Positions 13,684 to 26,886 of a DNA stretch of 64,000 bases are shown one piece after another. Made by a program: the position numbers and the translations under genes. Source of the DNA: Antedon mediterranea (taxonomy: Eukaryota; Animalia; Echinodermata); contig NC_092671.1 in NCBI RefSeq assembly GCF_964355755.1, positions 62,001-126,000 on the forward strand, written 5' to 3'. Under the pieces are notes generated by a model that was not told where the DNA came from, searched no databases, and worked only from the letters and a program-made list of their open reading frames with translations. Position 1 is the first letter of the stretch. Every line of letters begins with the position of its first letter.

Positions 13684-13699
13684 TAAGGATTATATTTAA

Positions 13700-13945
13700 A
13701 AAATGTTTTCTTACATTTTGAAAAAAAGTATTTATTTGTTTATAAGCCCAATTTTCCAGTCTTAATTTTACATTTTGAAAAAAAAGTATTTTATTTGTTG
13801 ATAAGCCCAATTGTGCAGTCTTATATTTTACATTTTGAACGAAAGTATTTATTTGTTGATAAGCCCAATTTTGCAGTCTTATTTTACATTTTAAACGAAA
13901 GTATTTATTTGTTGATAAGCCGAATTTTCCAGTTTAATACTAATG
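13700..13945. repeat. Tandem repeat, about 56-bp unit (about 4 copies; further copies at about 14480-14590)
   Basis: Repeating TTACATTTTGAACGAAAGTATTTATTTGTTGATAAGCCCAATTTTGCAGTCTTA. Confidence 0.8.
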
Positions 13946-14604
13946 ACCCCTTCCAAAGTGCTTATACCATATACATTTTACATGATATTGACCGTGGGTT
14001 CTTTACGCCTCTGATGCATTTGTTTTTATTGTACCTTTTTAATAAATTATTATATGTTTAGGCCTAATCACACCCAATTTAATGAAACGGTCAGATTCCG
14101 ATTTCAATTGAACGAAAGTAGTACTGTATTTATTATTCATTGATAAGCCAAGGGTCCCATGGCGTTAGCCGATATCTTGAGCATTTGACTCTTGTGTCAA
14201 CCTGTAACACAAATCATTCTTCAAAATCTAAAGAAAGAACCTCACACGTCTTTTTTGTGAGTGATACACTATGGATATGCCCACGGAAATAATATGTGGA
14301 CATTGCAAACAATCATAGGCCTACAGTAACAAACATAACATGGCTAATAAGCATAACATTCAGACTTGTTTGTTTTCTAGTGGATTTTTATTTACTTTAG
14401 CATGTAGAATAAAACTAGTAACAGTGGCTATATTAATAATTATTATTATACTGATTATCCTTGATATCGCGTCTAATAATAAAATATTTTGTTGTTGATA
14501 AGCCCAATTTTTCAGCCTTGATTTTACATTTTGAACGAAAGTATTTATTTGTTGATAAGCCCAATTTTGCAGTCTTAATAATGACCCTTCCACGGTGCAT
14601 TTTA

Positions 14605-14862
14605 CCTTTTTTTGTGAACTAATTTAGCATGTTAGTAAAAGTGAATGTACACTATAGTTTGTTAAATATGTATTATAAAATGGTTTACAATTGCAAAATA
14701 TATTATCATAATTCTATTTAATGTGACATGTATAATATCTATTAAATAAAGTCTTATTTATGTATACATCCGCCCTTTTGAGGGCGGGCATCACTCTCTG
14801 GAGCTCTCTGTTACAAATTTCTCATGCAAAAATCGCGGAATACTCACTTGTGATATATATTC
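14605..14862. repeat. Partial direct copy of the right part of the 15123-15969 element
   Basis: Matches 15690-15965 (TTTTTTGTGAACTAA..GAGGGCGGGCATCACT..CGCGGAATACTCA..TTGTGATATATATTC). Confidence 0.8.
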
Positions 14863-15122
14863 GCCGTATATACAGTATTACGTATTTGATTTAGACTTTC
14901 ACCGTTGAGTTGAGTACAGTTTTTCCGTTGAGTATACTTCTTTAACGGAGTATTTTGAGCATTGAGATTGTTCTTAACGAAAAAGCTTTCGTTGTCCGAC
15001 GTTTTCTATTCGAATGACTTTCTGTTGAGCACAAATTTACAATTCGAATACAAAAAGTACTCAACGAATCTTTACGTTGACAACGAAAGTTCCCAATCGA
15101 ATACGACAATAGTCAATAGAAG

Positions 15123-15969
15123 CCGCAAGAATATATCACAAGAATGAGTATTCCGCGATTTTCCCTGTAACAGTATATTGTCCATGTGGTAGGGCGCCGC
15201 CATAAGTGTGGATGTATCTGGGATGTATACAACTTTTTGTGACGGTTTCAATAATCAAAGGCTAGACCACCGGTAGTATTTTCATGATAAAAAATGTTAT
15301 CAACTACATGCCAACATCATGTTAAATACTATTTGGATATTTAATTGTTCGTTTTATGCAATTTATTTAGTAAAAACTGCCGTATAAACAGTTTGCTTTA
15401 TCAACCGGGCGCTACGATAGCGTGACCGAGCGTGAGCGTGTTGGTGTTTACGCGTTTTCACGAAGGATTGTTTAATAATATTCCTATATTTAACTTGTTT
15501 CTGGTAAAACAAATAAATGTTAATAACATTTAACATTTTTTCCTATTAATAACATGTATTTTTTACTAATTTATATCATAAAAACAATACAGTACCTAAT
15601 TTACCGGGCGTAGAGTAGTACACGGCAATGGTAAAGAATAGGCCGTGCTGAGTAACGATTCATTGATTTTTGGTGTTGCTGTGTTAGGCCTTTTTTGTGA
15701 ACTAACTTAGCATGTTAGTAAATAATTGTCTGTAAAAGTGAATGTACACTAGTTTGTTAATAAATATATATTATAAAATAGTTTACAATTGCAAAAACTA
15801 TTATCATAATTCTATTTAATGTGACATGTATAATATCTATTAAATCAAGTCTTATTTAGTATGTATACATCCGCCCTTATGAGGGCGGGCATCACTCACT
15901 GGAGCTCACTGTTACAAATTTCTCATGCAAAAATCGCGGAATACTCATTCTTGTGATATATATTCTTTG
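15123..15969. mobile_element. TIR element of about 850 bp with a 7-bp TSD (P-element-like MITE)
   Basis: Inverted ends AAGAATATATCACAAGAATGAGTATTCCGCGATTTT / AAAATCGCGGAATACTCATTCTTGTGATATATATTCTTTG. ATAGAAG at 15116-15122 and 15970-15976; the left tip is degenerate. Confidence 0.6.
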
Positions 15970-16619
15970 ATAGAAGTAAAATGACCAAAAAATCTGCTAT
16001 AATTGATAATTAATTGCACGATTTTGGAAGTGGGGCCTTTGTTTTTCAAGGGGGGTTCGCTGGTAAAAGGGGATTCGTGCAAAAGGGGGCGGGGGGGGGG
16101 GCGGTTCGCCCGAACCCCAAAAAATCCCCCTGGCTACGGGCCTGCCAACCATGGTGTTTTGTGACATTATTTTACAATTAATTTTCGCACCTCAGATATT
16201 GGGAATTATATTAGTTATTACACACAAAACTAAAATATAAATTTGTAATTTGTAATCAAATTTTTGGCCCACTTTGTGTCAGTTGGGGTTCTACAGACGT
16301 TTTTAATTAGGGCCACATTTTGGGGGATTTGGCATTATTTTTCCCAAATCTGGCATTACTTCTTGCTTGAGACAGGCTCTACGGCATAATTAAAATTTTA
16401 TCGCTGGCAACACTGTATATACTGCAAAGCAAAGATATATTCTTTGATTTGAGCAAAGATTGTATAGCGCCGCTACAATCTTAATAATTATATATAGGCC
16501 TAGTACGCGTACGTATTACGTCTCGTCGTTCGTCCGTCGCATGTTTTTCCTGTTTTTTTACGGTATGGAAGAGTGAAATTATTTGTTTATTCAGAGAAGG
16601 TTTTATGAAAGTCAGTAGC

Positions 16620-19600
16620 ATGGGTAGCTTACTAACACGGTTCAGGGTATGTATTGCAATCTTTTCATGCATTTTAATTATAAATGCCTAGGCCTAGGCC
16701 TAGCCCAGTCTTCCTACTCAGTCTAGCAAACAAGGAAAGCCTAGGCACTAATAAGCCTGGTTTACGATGAAATCGGTCGCGTTTTAAATCGGTCGCGATA
16801 AAATCAACTTCCGGTATTTTGTATGGCGCGCCGCTAGAGCTATACGTTTGATGATATCGGTCGCGTTTAAAATCGGTCGCGCTATTTTGTATGGAGCGAG
16901 ATACATGCTAGCGGGGGATATACATTTCCTTCGTTTATATAGTCTAGGCCTAGATTTAATTGAAATTTTTTATGTAGAAACTAGATTATTTATGTGGATA
17001 TTTTTTATTTTGGTTAATAAATATTTATTAATATTTTTTTTTTTATTTCACAGGTTTTGGAGAAGGACTGTGTCTTTTCAAAATGCCCATTCCTAAACAC
17101 GTTTAAATATTTTATTAGGCATATAATAATTTACCTCTATTTTATTAATTTATGTACTGTAATTAATATATTATATAGAGAATATACGTCTGTGTCTTTT
17201 ATTAGGCAAATAATTACGTAAAAGAGAACAAAAAATTATTTAAAAACAATAATTGTTACAATGTGTAGCCTGTAAAGCCAGCGTATTAATTTGTATACTT
17301 ATGCATACTGTGGCAGTGCAGATATATCATATCCATGTCGTTAACAACTTACTATTGGATCACCTTACTTTAATTTCTATTTTATTTAAGTCCGTAAGTT
17401 ATGTAGGATAATAATGATTAAGTACAGTATATAATGATTATTGTTGAGGCAAATCACGTGTATATTTTTATTTCTAATGTTTAGGCCTAAAATAGTTTCT
17501 AGTCTATATAGGCCTCTTGCACGTGTTTTTGTGAAACCTAGTTCCATGGTGAAACGATGTATATAATTTACGTATATACATCGGCGATACTATAGTTTTT
17601 AATTTGAATATCTTTTATTTCTTCATTTATAATAATCATTTAATGTAAATAATTAAGTACCACTCAGTATCTCACATCCATACGCCATTCGTAAATCTAA
17701 ATGTTTAAATATCAGTGCAAGATTACCTCTTTGAGAATCGTGTCCACCTTTATTTATATCCATCCATTATTATTCTCACATCTAGGCCTATTATTGTACA
17801 TCATAGTCCTACTGTATAGGTCTGGTAGATTGATTTATAACGGCATATTATTTTATTAGTATTATCCTAAAACCATGCTCACGTAAGAGTGGCGGATATC
17901 GAACGTAAAAATCATCGTCATACATCATCTTCATCATGCTAATCTTTTCAAAAACTTAAACAATATCCAATAAAACTTTTTAAAACGATTTTCTAAACGA
18001 ACACATTATAATTATTCATTGACACCTGCAAGATAAAATGAAAACACAAATTATTTATAAATAATGAGATAAATAGTATTGGAATTCTATATTCAAAATT
18101 AACTAAAAACATAATTAGCGTTTTCATTAAAAATGCATCTGGGCCTAGTGCGTCCCATGCAAAATAGCGCGACTGATTTCAAACGCGACCGATATCATCA
18201 AACGTAAAGCTCTAGCGGCGTGCCATACGCCGGAAGTTGATTTTATCGCGACCGATTTCAGACGCGACCGATTTAATCTGACACCCTAAGCCTTAGTTAG
18301 GCGACTCTCACTCTGAGTAGTGTAGATACTAAGGCCGCGCCTACTACTAGAACTGTAGTACGGCATTCAGTGACCACTAGGCTACTAACCTAGGCCAGGC
18401 CAAGGCCTATAACTAGAAGCCTAGCTAGCCCACCACTACTAGGCTAGCCAGCCCACTACTCTACTAGGCTAGCCTAGCGAGGTCAGTCAAGTCAGCTATA
18501 ATTAGGCTATTTATTTAAACAAAAATGTATTAAAACAAAACAAATTAATCCATCATCATCATCATGATGGCGTTGCAATGCAAATCTTTAAAAAAAATTA
18601 AACGTAGGCTATGTGTATTATGTAGGCCTCTATTACGGTAAGTAGGTACTGTTATAATTTAGTTTTTTTGTTTTTTTTTTAATTTACAGAAGAAGAAAAC
18701 AACTGTGGAAATCCTTGAAGATATTGAAAATGACATCAGCAGACTTTTAAAATACAAACGACAAGATCAGCAGCTTGAAAAACAGTATCTGGGATCATTG
18801 ATCATCTACTCAATAATTGTGTACATTGTTGGAGCTCTTGTTTTCTATCTTTCCTTTTGGCCACAAACATACACAGACACTATTATTCGAGTTATTCCAC
18901 TTCTAGTTTTTCCATTTGTGTAAGTACAATACGATATCATATTATATAATAACCATACCAAAGTTCCGGTCATTCCATATTAATTTACTAGGTCGACCAA
19001 GTCTAATTAATTCGTTTAAATATAAAAAAAGTTGAATGTTTGAACCTAAACCACCATATAAATTATGTGTCTTGTGACTAAATATTTTAGGATATGGGGA
19101 ATTCGAAAACTACTTCAATGGTATTTTGTTAAAAGAAAAATTAAAAATGGTATGTATTTTATAAACAATTCATCTATTATTTAAAAGCTATGTAAATGAA
19201 ATCATTACAAATAAAAATCAAGTGATATGAATTTATACATGAATGGAGTCATTATTTACAGATATTGCTCTTGAAGACCTTCGAGAAAAAAAGAAAAAAA
19301 TTGTAAGTAATTGTAGATACTGTACAAATAAAACTAGCTTGTTAGTGTCGAAGATTCACTGTAGGTCTTGAATGAAATAAAGAATAAAATAAGCAAAAAG
19401 CTAGATCAAAATGATAAAGTAAAACATAACAACCAGATAGATTTTGCAAAGCTTTTGGGTATCACTAACCCTTTATCAGAGAGCACTTGCAGGTTATGAT
19501 ATTTATATTTTTTTTTACATTATGGCAAAAGTTTATATTAAATAAGTATTTGTATTATTAGATTTAATGAAAACATTATATCCTGGGGTATGTAACAACA

Positions 19601-21975
19601 CATTTAATTGTTTTAGTTAGAAGATGTAAAGGAAACAGAGAGTTACAAAAAGGCAAAAGAAATACTTGAGAGGTTTGACCCATCCTCAAGGCCACCACCT
19701 CCAACTGTTGTTCCTGTTGGCCCTTCTCAACCAGGTTAGTTCTATACAGGTTTAAGAAGCTATTAAAGATGTCACTGTAAGATGGTTTTTCCAGCATACA
19801 ACTCCATATATCTAAACTAAGAAATGATTAGTGGAAACCATGTATGGTACTACAACACTATAATTATGTACTGTAGTAGTGAGTCCTATGATATCAGCTT
19901 CTAATGGATGTAAATGTATATAATTAATATTTTGTACAGTCAATTATGTGGGTTTTTTTAGCAACAGCATTGAGGCAGAGGACTAAAGCACCACTAGTAA
20001 TGGGAAGACCAATGGCCAGACCTCAACAGTCAAGTATGCCTCAAAAACCAATGGCAGCAATTGGGCCTACTACACCACAACAGTTTGTACCAAGTAAGTT
20101 TTTGTATATTACAGATACTAGTGGTAGAGATATAGCAAATTGTATCAAGAATTACAACCAACATCGATGTAAATGTTTAAGTGAATTTGTTACAGTAACA
20201 TAGCAATTAATTGCCCCTACTATTTACATCTTTTTTAGTTTATAACCAAACATTTGTTATTTACATTGATCACTTAGCCTGGTTAATGAATAACAAATTA
20301 AGTTGATTTAAAGTTATAAAATGTTTGCTGCTGTAATGCAAATAAAATCTAACAATTCATAATTTATATTTCATATTAATTCATAATATCATCTTCCATA
20401 TCATTTGTTTATTTTCTTTTTGTTCTGTTGCTTCCTGTTTAAAGGTGGTGCAATGCATCACCTCTATCCATATGTTTTATTATCTTGTTAGCTTATAGAT
20501 TTGGAATAGTTTATTGTATTATTATTCATATTTAACTTTAGGAAGGCCAATTACACCCAGACCTATCTTACCACAACAACGAGGTAAAGTTGATAAACTA
20601 ATGGATTTTTTAGTTGGAGATGGACCTGAAAATAGGTACGCACTTATCTGTAAGCAATGTCATTCACACAATGGAATGGCTCTGAAAGAAGAGTTCGAAT
20701 ATCTCTGTAAGTAGAACACTTTTTGCATATTTATTTTTGTACCTTACATAGATAGGGCAGCTGCTGTTACAACTGTTGTATGCACATAAACAATGACTTT
20801 ATTGTATAATTGGAATCATGTAAATGCTACATATTATGTTGAATTGGGAGATTTGAAAGGTTTACTGTTAGCTAGAATTCAAAGAGGCAGAGCTACAGTA
20901 AGTTCGGTCTTTCAATGAATACACCAGCTGTTTAAAAGTAAACTTTTATTAAATTAATACACTGCTTGCATCTTGAATTTGAATACCGAAGGCTAAGTAA
21001 TGTACCTTCTTGTGATACACAAAATTATAAGAAGCATTAGTTCTATATTCTAATTGTGTATATTTTATTCTCTGTAGCCTTTAGGTGTGCATATTGTAAT
21101 TTTCTAAATGAAGCAAGAAAACAACGTAAAAATGCTCCTAAACTTCCTGAGGTTAGCCTACTAAATTCACCAGGTACACAACAATTATGAGTTTAAAAGT
21201 TGGTAATAATAACTTATGATACTGGTTTAACCATTATTAGAGCAAGACCCTACCTCAGAGGTCCCAACTTGGGAAAGTCCATTCGCAGGAGATTTTGTCG
21301 TGAACCTCATTCAAGTCTTCGGGGCGTTAAAAGTCAACGCGCGGGAATCTAAAATCAACACGTCAGCTCAGCTCATTATAATCAAGGCTATTAATTTCCT
21401 ACCTTTCACTGTACTGTTGTAATACTATATTTTACTTTTGAATTGTCCAATAGAAAGCAAAAGCCAAAGTTACTTGCACACTGGTTTTAGTTTAGTATTA
21501 GCTGTATAATCCATTGGTTCTACTTCTGTTAATTCATATCATCTGTGTGCAGTGACAGCCACAATAATTGGCACACATATGTATAAGTATGTATGTATAA
21601 AATTCAACTACACAGTTAGTGAGCCTTTCTGCCCATTGCAAGCAATTTAGCTTTTCCCTACAATCATTGCATAAGAAATTTGAAACATACTTCTCTCTTT
21701 CAGCATTTTCTATTCAAGCGGCTGAGGAGAGAGTTTTAGGCTCGCAAGAGGAAGAAGTTGAAGAGATTGGTAATGATGAACAGAGTGAAAATATATTGGA
21801 AAAATGTTTGAACGAAGGTGCAACAAATGAAACAACTATTGCTAAAGAAATCAACATGCTAGATGAGCCAAAACCTGAAATAAAAACGGATGATGAAATA
21901 ATGGACAATATTCTTTCAGATACCAAAAGTGCACTTAGTGTTAAGGATGACAATTTACAAACAGTGGGAGATTGA
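16620..21975 (+). CDS. LNPK: Endoplasmic reticulum junction formation protein Lunapark (9 coding exons)
   Basis: Exons 16620-16646 (MGSLLTRFR, myristoylation-type start), 18690-18919 (two TM helices), 19091-19149, 19262-19302, 19617-19734 (VKETESYKKAKEILERFDP), 19962-20093, 20542-20706 (LVGDGPENRYALICKQCHSHNGMALKEEFEY), 21078-21173 (FRCAYCNFLNEARK, C4 zinc finger), 21704-21975. Junctions are GT-AG and in phase; the Pro-rich middle exon boundaries are less certain. Confidence 0.95.
16759..18285. mobile_element. 1.5-kb non-autonomous TIR element in LNPK intron 1 (GG..CC ends, probable 8-bp TSD)
   Basis: TIRs of about 140 bp built of repeated AAATCGGTCGCG / CGCGACCGATTT. Flanks ATAAGCCT (16751-16758) and CTAAGCCT (18286-18293). 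Confidence 0.8.
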
Positions 21976-24509
21976 GAAAAAAAAATTCATTATTTATTAA
22001 TTTATGTACATTTAAAAAGCATATTATATACATTTTCTTTTGTTTTCTCTTGCCATGCTACATATGGGTACAGTATTGATTCTCTCTGATTAATAAATCT
22101 ACTGTAATTACTTTATTGCAAAAATCTCATAAATATAAAAAGTGTGTTCTGTTCACTTATAGTTATACTGTATAAATACAATTTCAATTAAATAAATTAC
22201 ATGTTTATATGACCATTTAATTAGGGTTGCCTTAATGTCCGCATTATTTGAATCTACTGTTCACTACTACAAGTGCAGTAGTAGAGGTTGTGTCACTCTA
22301 CATGTGCTGTCTTGAAACCACTATACAATACGTCATTAGGCACATTCTAATTAATACTATGCAGTTATTAATTTAATTGTTATATTATATTCAAATGTTT
22401 TCTGTAATATTGCGCATAACGTTCTTCTAAAACAAAATAATGTACTGTTTTGATATATCAACAGTCTAAAAGCATTAATGAAGAACTTTGTTTAAACAAT
22501 ATTAAAATTTAATTGAATACTACTTTTTGTTGTATTTATCAAATTTTAGTGGTGAATATGGATTGGGGCATTGAGATATTATAGTGTATATCTCTCTTAT
22601 TGGGGCATTGAGATATTATAGTGTATATCTCTCTGATTGGGCATTGAGATATTATAGTGTATATCTCTCTGACTGGGGCATTGAGATATTATAGTGTATA
22701 TCTCTCTGATTGGGCATTGAGATATTATAGTGTATATCTCTCTCATTGGGGCATTGAGATATTATAGTGTATATCTCTCTGATTGGGGCATTGAGATATT
22801 ATAGTGTATATCTCTCTGATTGGGGCATTGAGATATTATAGTGTACTATAATATCTCTCTGATTGGGGCATTGAGATATTATAGTGTACTATAATATCTC
22901 TCTGATTGGGGCATTGAGATATTATAGTGTACTATAATATCTCTCTGATTGGGGCATTGAGATATTATAGTGTATATCTCTCTGATTGGGGCATTGAGAT
23001 ATTATAGTGTATATCTCTCTGATTGGGGCATTGAGATATTATAGTGTATATCTCTCTGATTGGGGCATTGAGATATTATAGTGTATATCTCTCTGATTGG
23101 GGCATTGAGATATTATAGTGTACTATAATATCTCTCTGATTGGGGCATTGAAATATTGTAGTGTACTATAATATCTCTCTGATTGGGGCATTGAGATATT
23201 ATAGTGTACTATAATATTTCTCTTATTGGGGCATTGATATATTATAGTGTATATCTCTCTGATTGGGGCATTGAGATATTATAGTGTATATCTCTCTGAT
23301 TGGGGAATTGAGATATTATAGTGTACTATAATATCTCTCTGATTGGGCATTGAGATATTATAGTGTATATCTCTCTGATTGGGGCATTGAGATATTATAG
23401 TGTACTATAATATCTCTCTGATTGGGGCATTGAGATATTATAGTGTATTATTATCTCTCTGATTGGGGCATTGAAATATTATAGTGTATATCTCTCTGAT
23501 TGGGGCATTGAGATATTATAGTGTACTATAATATCTCTCTGATTGGGGCATTGAGATATTATAGTGTACTATAATATCTCTCTTATTGGGCATTGAGATA
23601 TTATAGTGTATATCTCTCTGACTGGGGCATTGAAATATTATAGTGTATATCTCTCTGATTGGGCATTGAGATATTATAGTGTACTATAATATCTCTCTGA
23701 TTGGGGCATTGAGATATTATAGTGTATATCTCTCTGATTGGGCATTGAGATATTATAGTGTACTATAATATTTCTCTTATTGGGGCATTGATATATTATA
23801 GTGTATATCTCTCTGATTGGGGCATTGAGATATTATAGTGTATATCTCTCTGATTGGGGCATTGAGATATTATAGTGTATACCTCTCTGATTGGGCATTG
23901 AGATATTATAGTGTACTATAATATCTCTCTGATTGGGCATTGAGATATTATAGTGTATATCTCTCTGATTGGGGCATTGAGATATTATAGTGTACTATAA
24001 TATCTCTCTGATTGGGGCATTGAGATATTATAGTGTATATCTCTCTGATTGGGGCATTGAAATATTATAGTGTATATCTCTCTGATTGGGGCATTGAGAT
24101 ATTATAGTGTACTATAATATCTCTCTTATTGGGCATTGAGATATTATAGTGTATATCTCTCTGACTGGGGCATTGAAATATTATAGTGTATATCTCTCTG
24201 ATTGGGCATTGAGATATTATAGTGTACTATAATATCTCTCTGATTGGGGCATTGAGATATTATAGTGTATATCTCTCTGATTGGGCATTGAGATATTATA
24301 GTGTACTATTATATCTCTCTTATTGGGCATTGAGATATTATAGTGTATATCTCTCTGATTGGGGCATTGAGATATTATAGTGTACTATAATATCTCTCTG
24401 ATTGGGGCATTGAGATATTATAGTGTACTATAATATCTCTCTTATTGGGGCATTGAGATATTATAGTGTATATATCTCTCTGATGGGGCATTGAGATATT
24501 AGTGTACTA

Positions 24510-26886
24510 GAAGGCGAAACACCCAATGTTTTGGATCTGGTTTTTACAGACAAAGAGAATACTATAAATGGCATTATGCAGTCTCCACCACTGGGTAAAA
24601 GCGACCATATGATGTTACAATTTTCATTGGATCTTGTAAGAGATGACAGAATTGAACCAAATATTCGAAGTTACAGGCATGGTAACTATGATTTGCTGCG
24701 CGAGAAAATTGATTTGGTAGATTGGGATGTGGTTTTCAATGACAAATCAGGTATTCAATCGTGGGACGAATTCGAGCATATTCTTGCGAAGAATATTGAT
24801 GAGTGTATCCCGATGAGGAAGGTTTGCCACGGAAGAAAACCTCTTTGGATGAACAAAAAAATTGAAAAGCAGATTGCCAAAAAGAATAAATGTTGGAAAC
24901 AGTATGTAAAGGCCAAGAGAAAACAAAAAGTATGTGTGTCAGCAAAATGGTCGAAGTTTGTCCAAGTAAGAAATCAAACAGTAGATCTGATTCGATGTAG
25001 TAAATCTGACTTCGAAAATAAAATAGCAATTGAGATCAAATCTAATGAAAAGTCTTTTTGGAGGTATCTCAGTTCTCAGATCAATATAAAGTCTGGTATA
25101 CCCAACTTAACTGATAGTAATGGAAGGCATGTGTCTGATGACAAGGATAAGGCTGAGTTGCTAAACACGTTTTTTAGTAGTGTATTTGTCGATGAAAATT
25201 TTTCGAATGTACCGGCTGTTGATGACATTTCAGAGGATTTTTTATCTCAAGTTGACTTTCCTTGTGACGAAATCTTAAATATTTTATCAACGTTGAATAT
25301 TACTAAAACAGCTGGACCTGATGGTATTCACCCACGCATCTTAGTCGAACTAAAGGATATCATTTGCTACCCCCTCCATATTATTTTTACGAAATTGTTT
25401 CAGGAAGGAGCCGTCCCTAATAGTTGGAAACGGGCTACAGTGGTACCGATTTTTAAAAAAGGAGTGAAGTCTGACCCAAGCAACTATAGACCTGTGAGTT
25501 TAACTTCGGTAGTTGGTAAAATTATGGAGAGAATTATCAGGAAGGAATTATTGGACTTTCTTGAACATCACTCACTTATTTGTTATGAGCAATTTGGTTT
25601 CCGGCAAGGTCGTTCCTGTGCTTTACAATTACTTGATGTTCTTGAAAACTGGTTTTCTTATTTTGATAATCAGGATTGTTTTGATTGTATCTACCTTGAC
25701 TACAAGAAGGCTTTCGATAGTGTGCCTCATCATAGACTCCTTCTGAAAATGAGTGCATTGGGTATTAGAGGTAAACTTCTAAACTGGTTTCAAGAATTTC
25801 TTAACGATAGACAACAACGGGTTAGTGTCAATGGATGTGTTTCAGATTGGGCTGATGTTCGTAGTGGTATCCCGCAAGGAAGCGTCGTTGGACCTGTTCT
25901 TTTCATTATGTTTATAAATGATTTGCCTTCTGTTATTTCTTCCTCTGTACGCATGTTTGCAGATGATACTAAATTGTATAGAGTAGTTAACACTGTGAAT
26001 GATGCTCAAGTTCTACAAGAAGATTTAGAGAAGCATGTGACTGGTCTGACAAATGGCAATTACCTTTTAACGAGGGTAAGTGCAAAGTAATGCACTTTGG
26101 GAAGAAAAACAAAAAACATCTGTATGCCATGCGTGGTTTCTTATTGAATGAAGTTGATCATGAAAAAGACCTCGGTGTTACTATTGACTCTAAACTTGTT
26201 TTTAATGTAGGCCTACATGTGGCAGATGTAGCAATGAGAGCAAATCGGAAGTTGGGCATGGTATATCGAGCTTTCAAGTTTTTAAATATGGATGGGTTTC
26301 TTCGTTTATATAAAGCTATTATTCGTCCGACCTTGGAATACTGCAACGTTGTTTTTAACTCGCTACATTGTAAGGAGGAAGACCTATTGGAAAAAGTCCA
26401 AGAACGTGCCACCAAGCTTATTTTTTCCATTCGTCATTTACCTTATTCAGAAAGGCTGAAAATTCTCAACCTACCTACTCTCGCATACAGAAGGCAAAGA
26501 GCTCATTTGATACAGATTTTTAAAATTTTACATGGAGTGGATAGTATTTCTGCTGATTCTTTTTTTGAGCGTGATGAAGATGTTAGAACACGTGGTCATT
26601 CTTTTAAATTAAAATTTAAGTTCTCACCCACAAATTGGATGAGGGACTCATTTGGTCGAAAAGCTATTATATTATGGAATTCGTTATCGGAGGATGTAGT
26701 AGCTTCAAGATCAACCAATCAATTTAAGTCCGGTCTTGAACGGGCATGGTCCAACCACCCTCTTAAATTTGCGCCATATTCAAGAGTTGAGGTAATTATC
26801 AAGAGGGGCTTATAGGCATAGCCTAGCCTCGACTCCGGACCCAGCATTGCTGAGCTCCGGAAACAAGTAAACAAGTAAGTAAGTAA
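24510..26886 (+). mobile_element. 5'-truncated CR1-type LINE
   Basis: End of the endonuclease domain (NVLDLVFT), the full RT domain, a 3' UTR stem-loop (TCCGGACCCAGCATTGCTGAGCTCCGGA) and an (AAGT)n tail. Possible ACTA duplication at both junctions. Confidence 0.93.
24531..26815 (+). pseudogene. CR1 ORF2 (reverse transcriptase), one frameshift near 26035-26090
   Basis: ORFs 24531-26090 (AGPDGIHP, NYRPVSLTS, YLDYKKAFDSVPH, GIPQGSVVGP, MFADDTKLY) and 26090-26815 (EKDLGVTID, LEKVQERATK, RTRGHSFKL). Confidence 0.88.

Larger units (their letters stand above)
12854..16619. promoter_or_regulatory. Divergent intergenic/promoter region between the HIBADH and LNPK start codons
   Basis: Inferred from the head-to-head ATGs. 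CpG-richer patches (and a CCAAT at about 13071) lie near both ends; the middle is filled with MITE fragments. Confidence 0.55.

Noticed and set aside
14761-15231. Apparent hairpin MITE bounded by TGTATACATCC
   Set aside because: Better explained as the right end of one copy facing the left end of the neighbouring 15123-15969 element, which has the TSD.
21714-21953. Antisense ORFs over real exons or LINE ORFs (also 38016-38231, 34796-35080, 25790-25993, 29570-29860)
   Set aside because: These are shadow ORFs on the opposite strand of genuine coding sequence.
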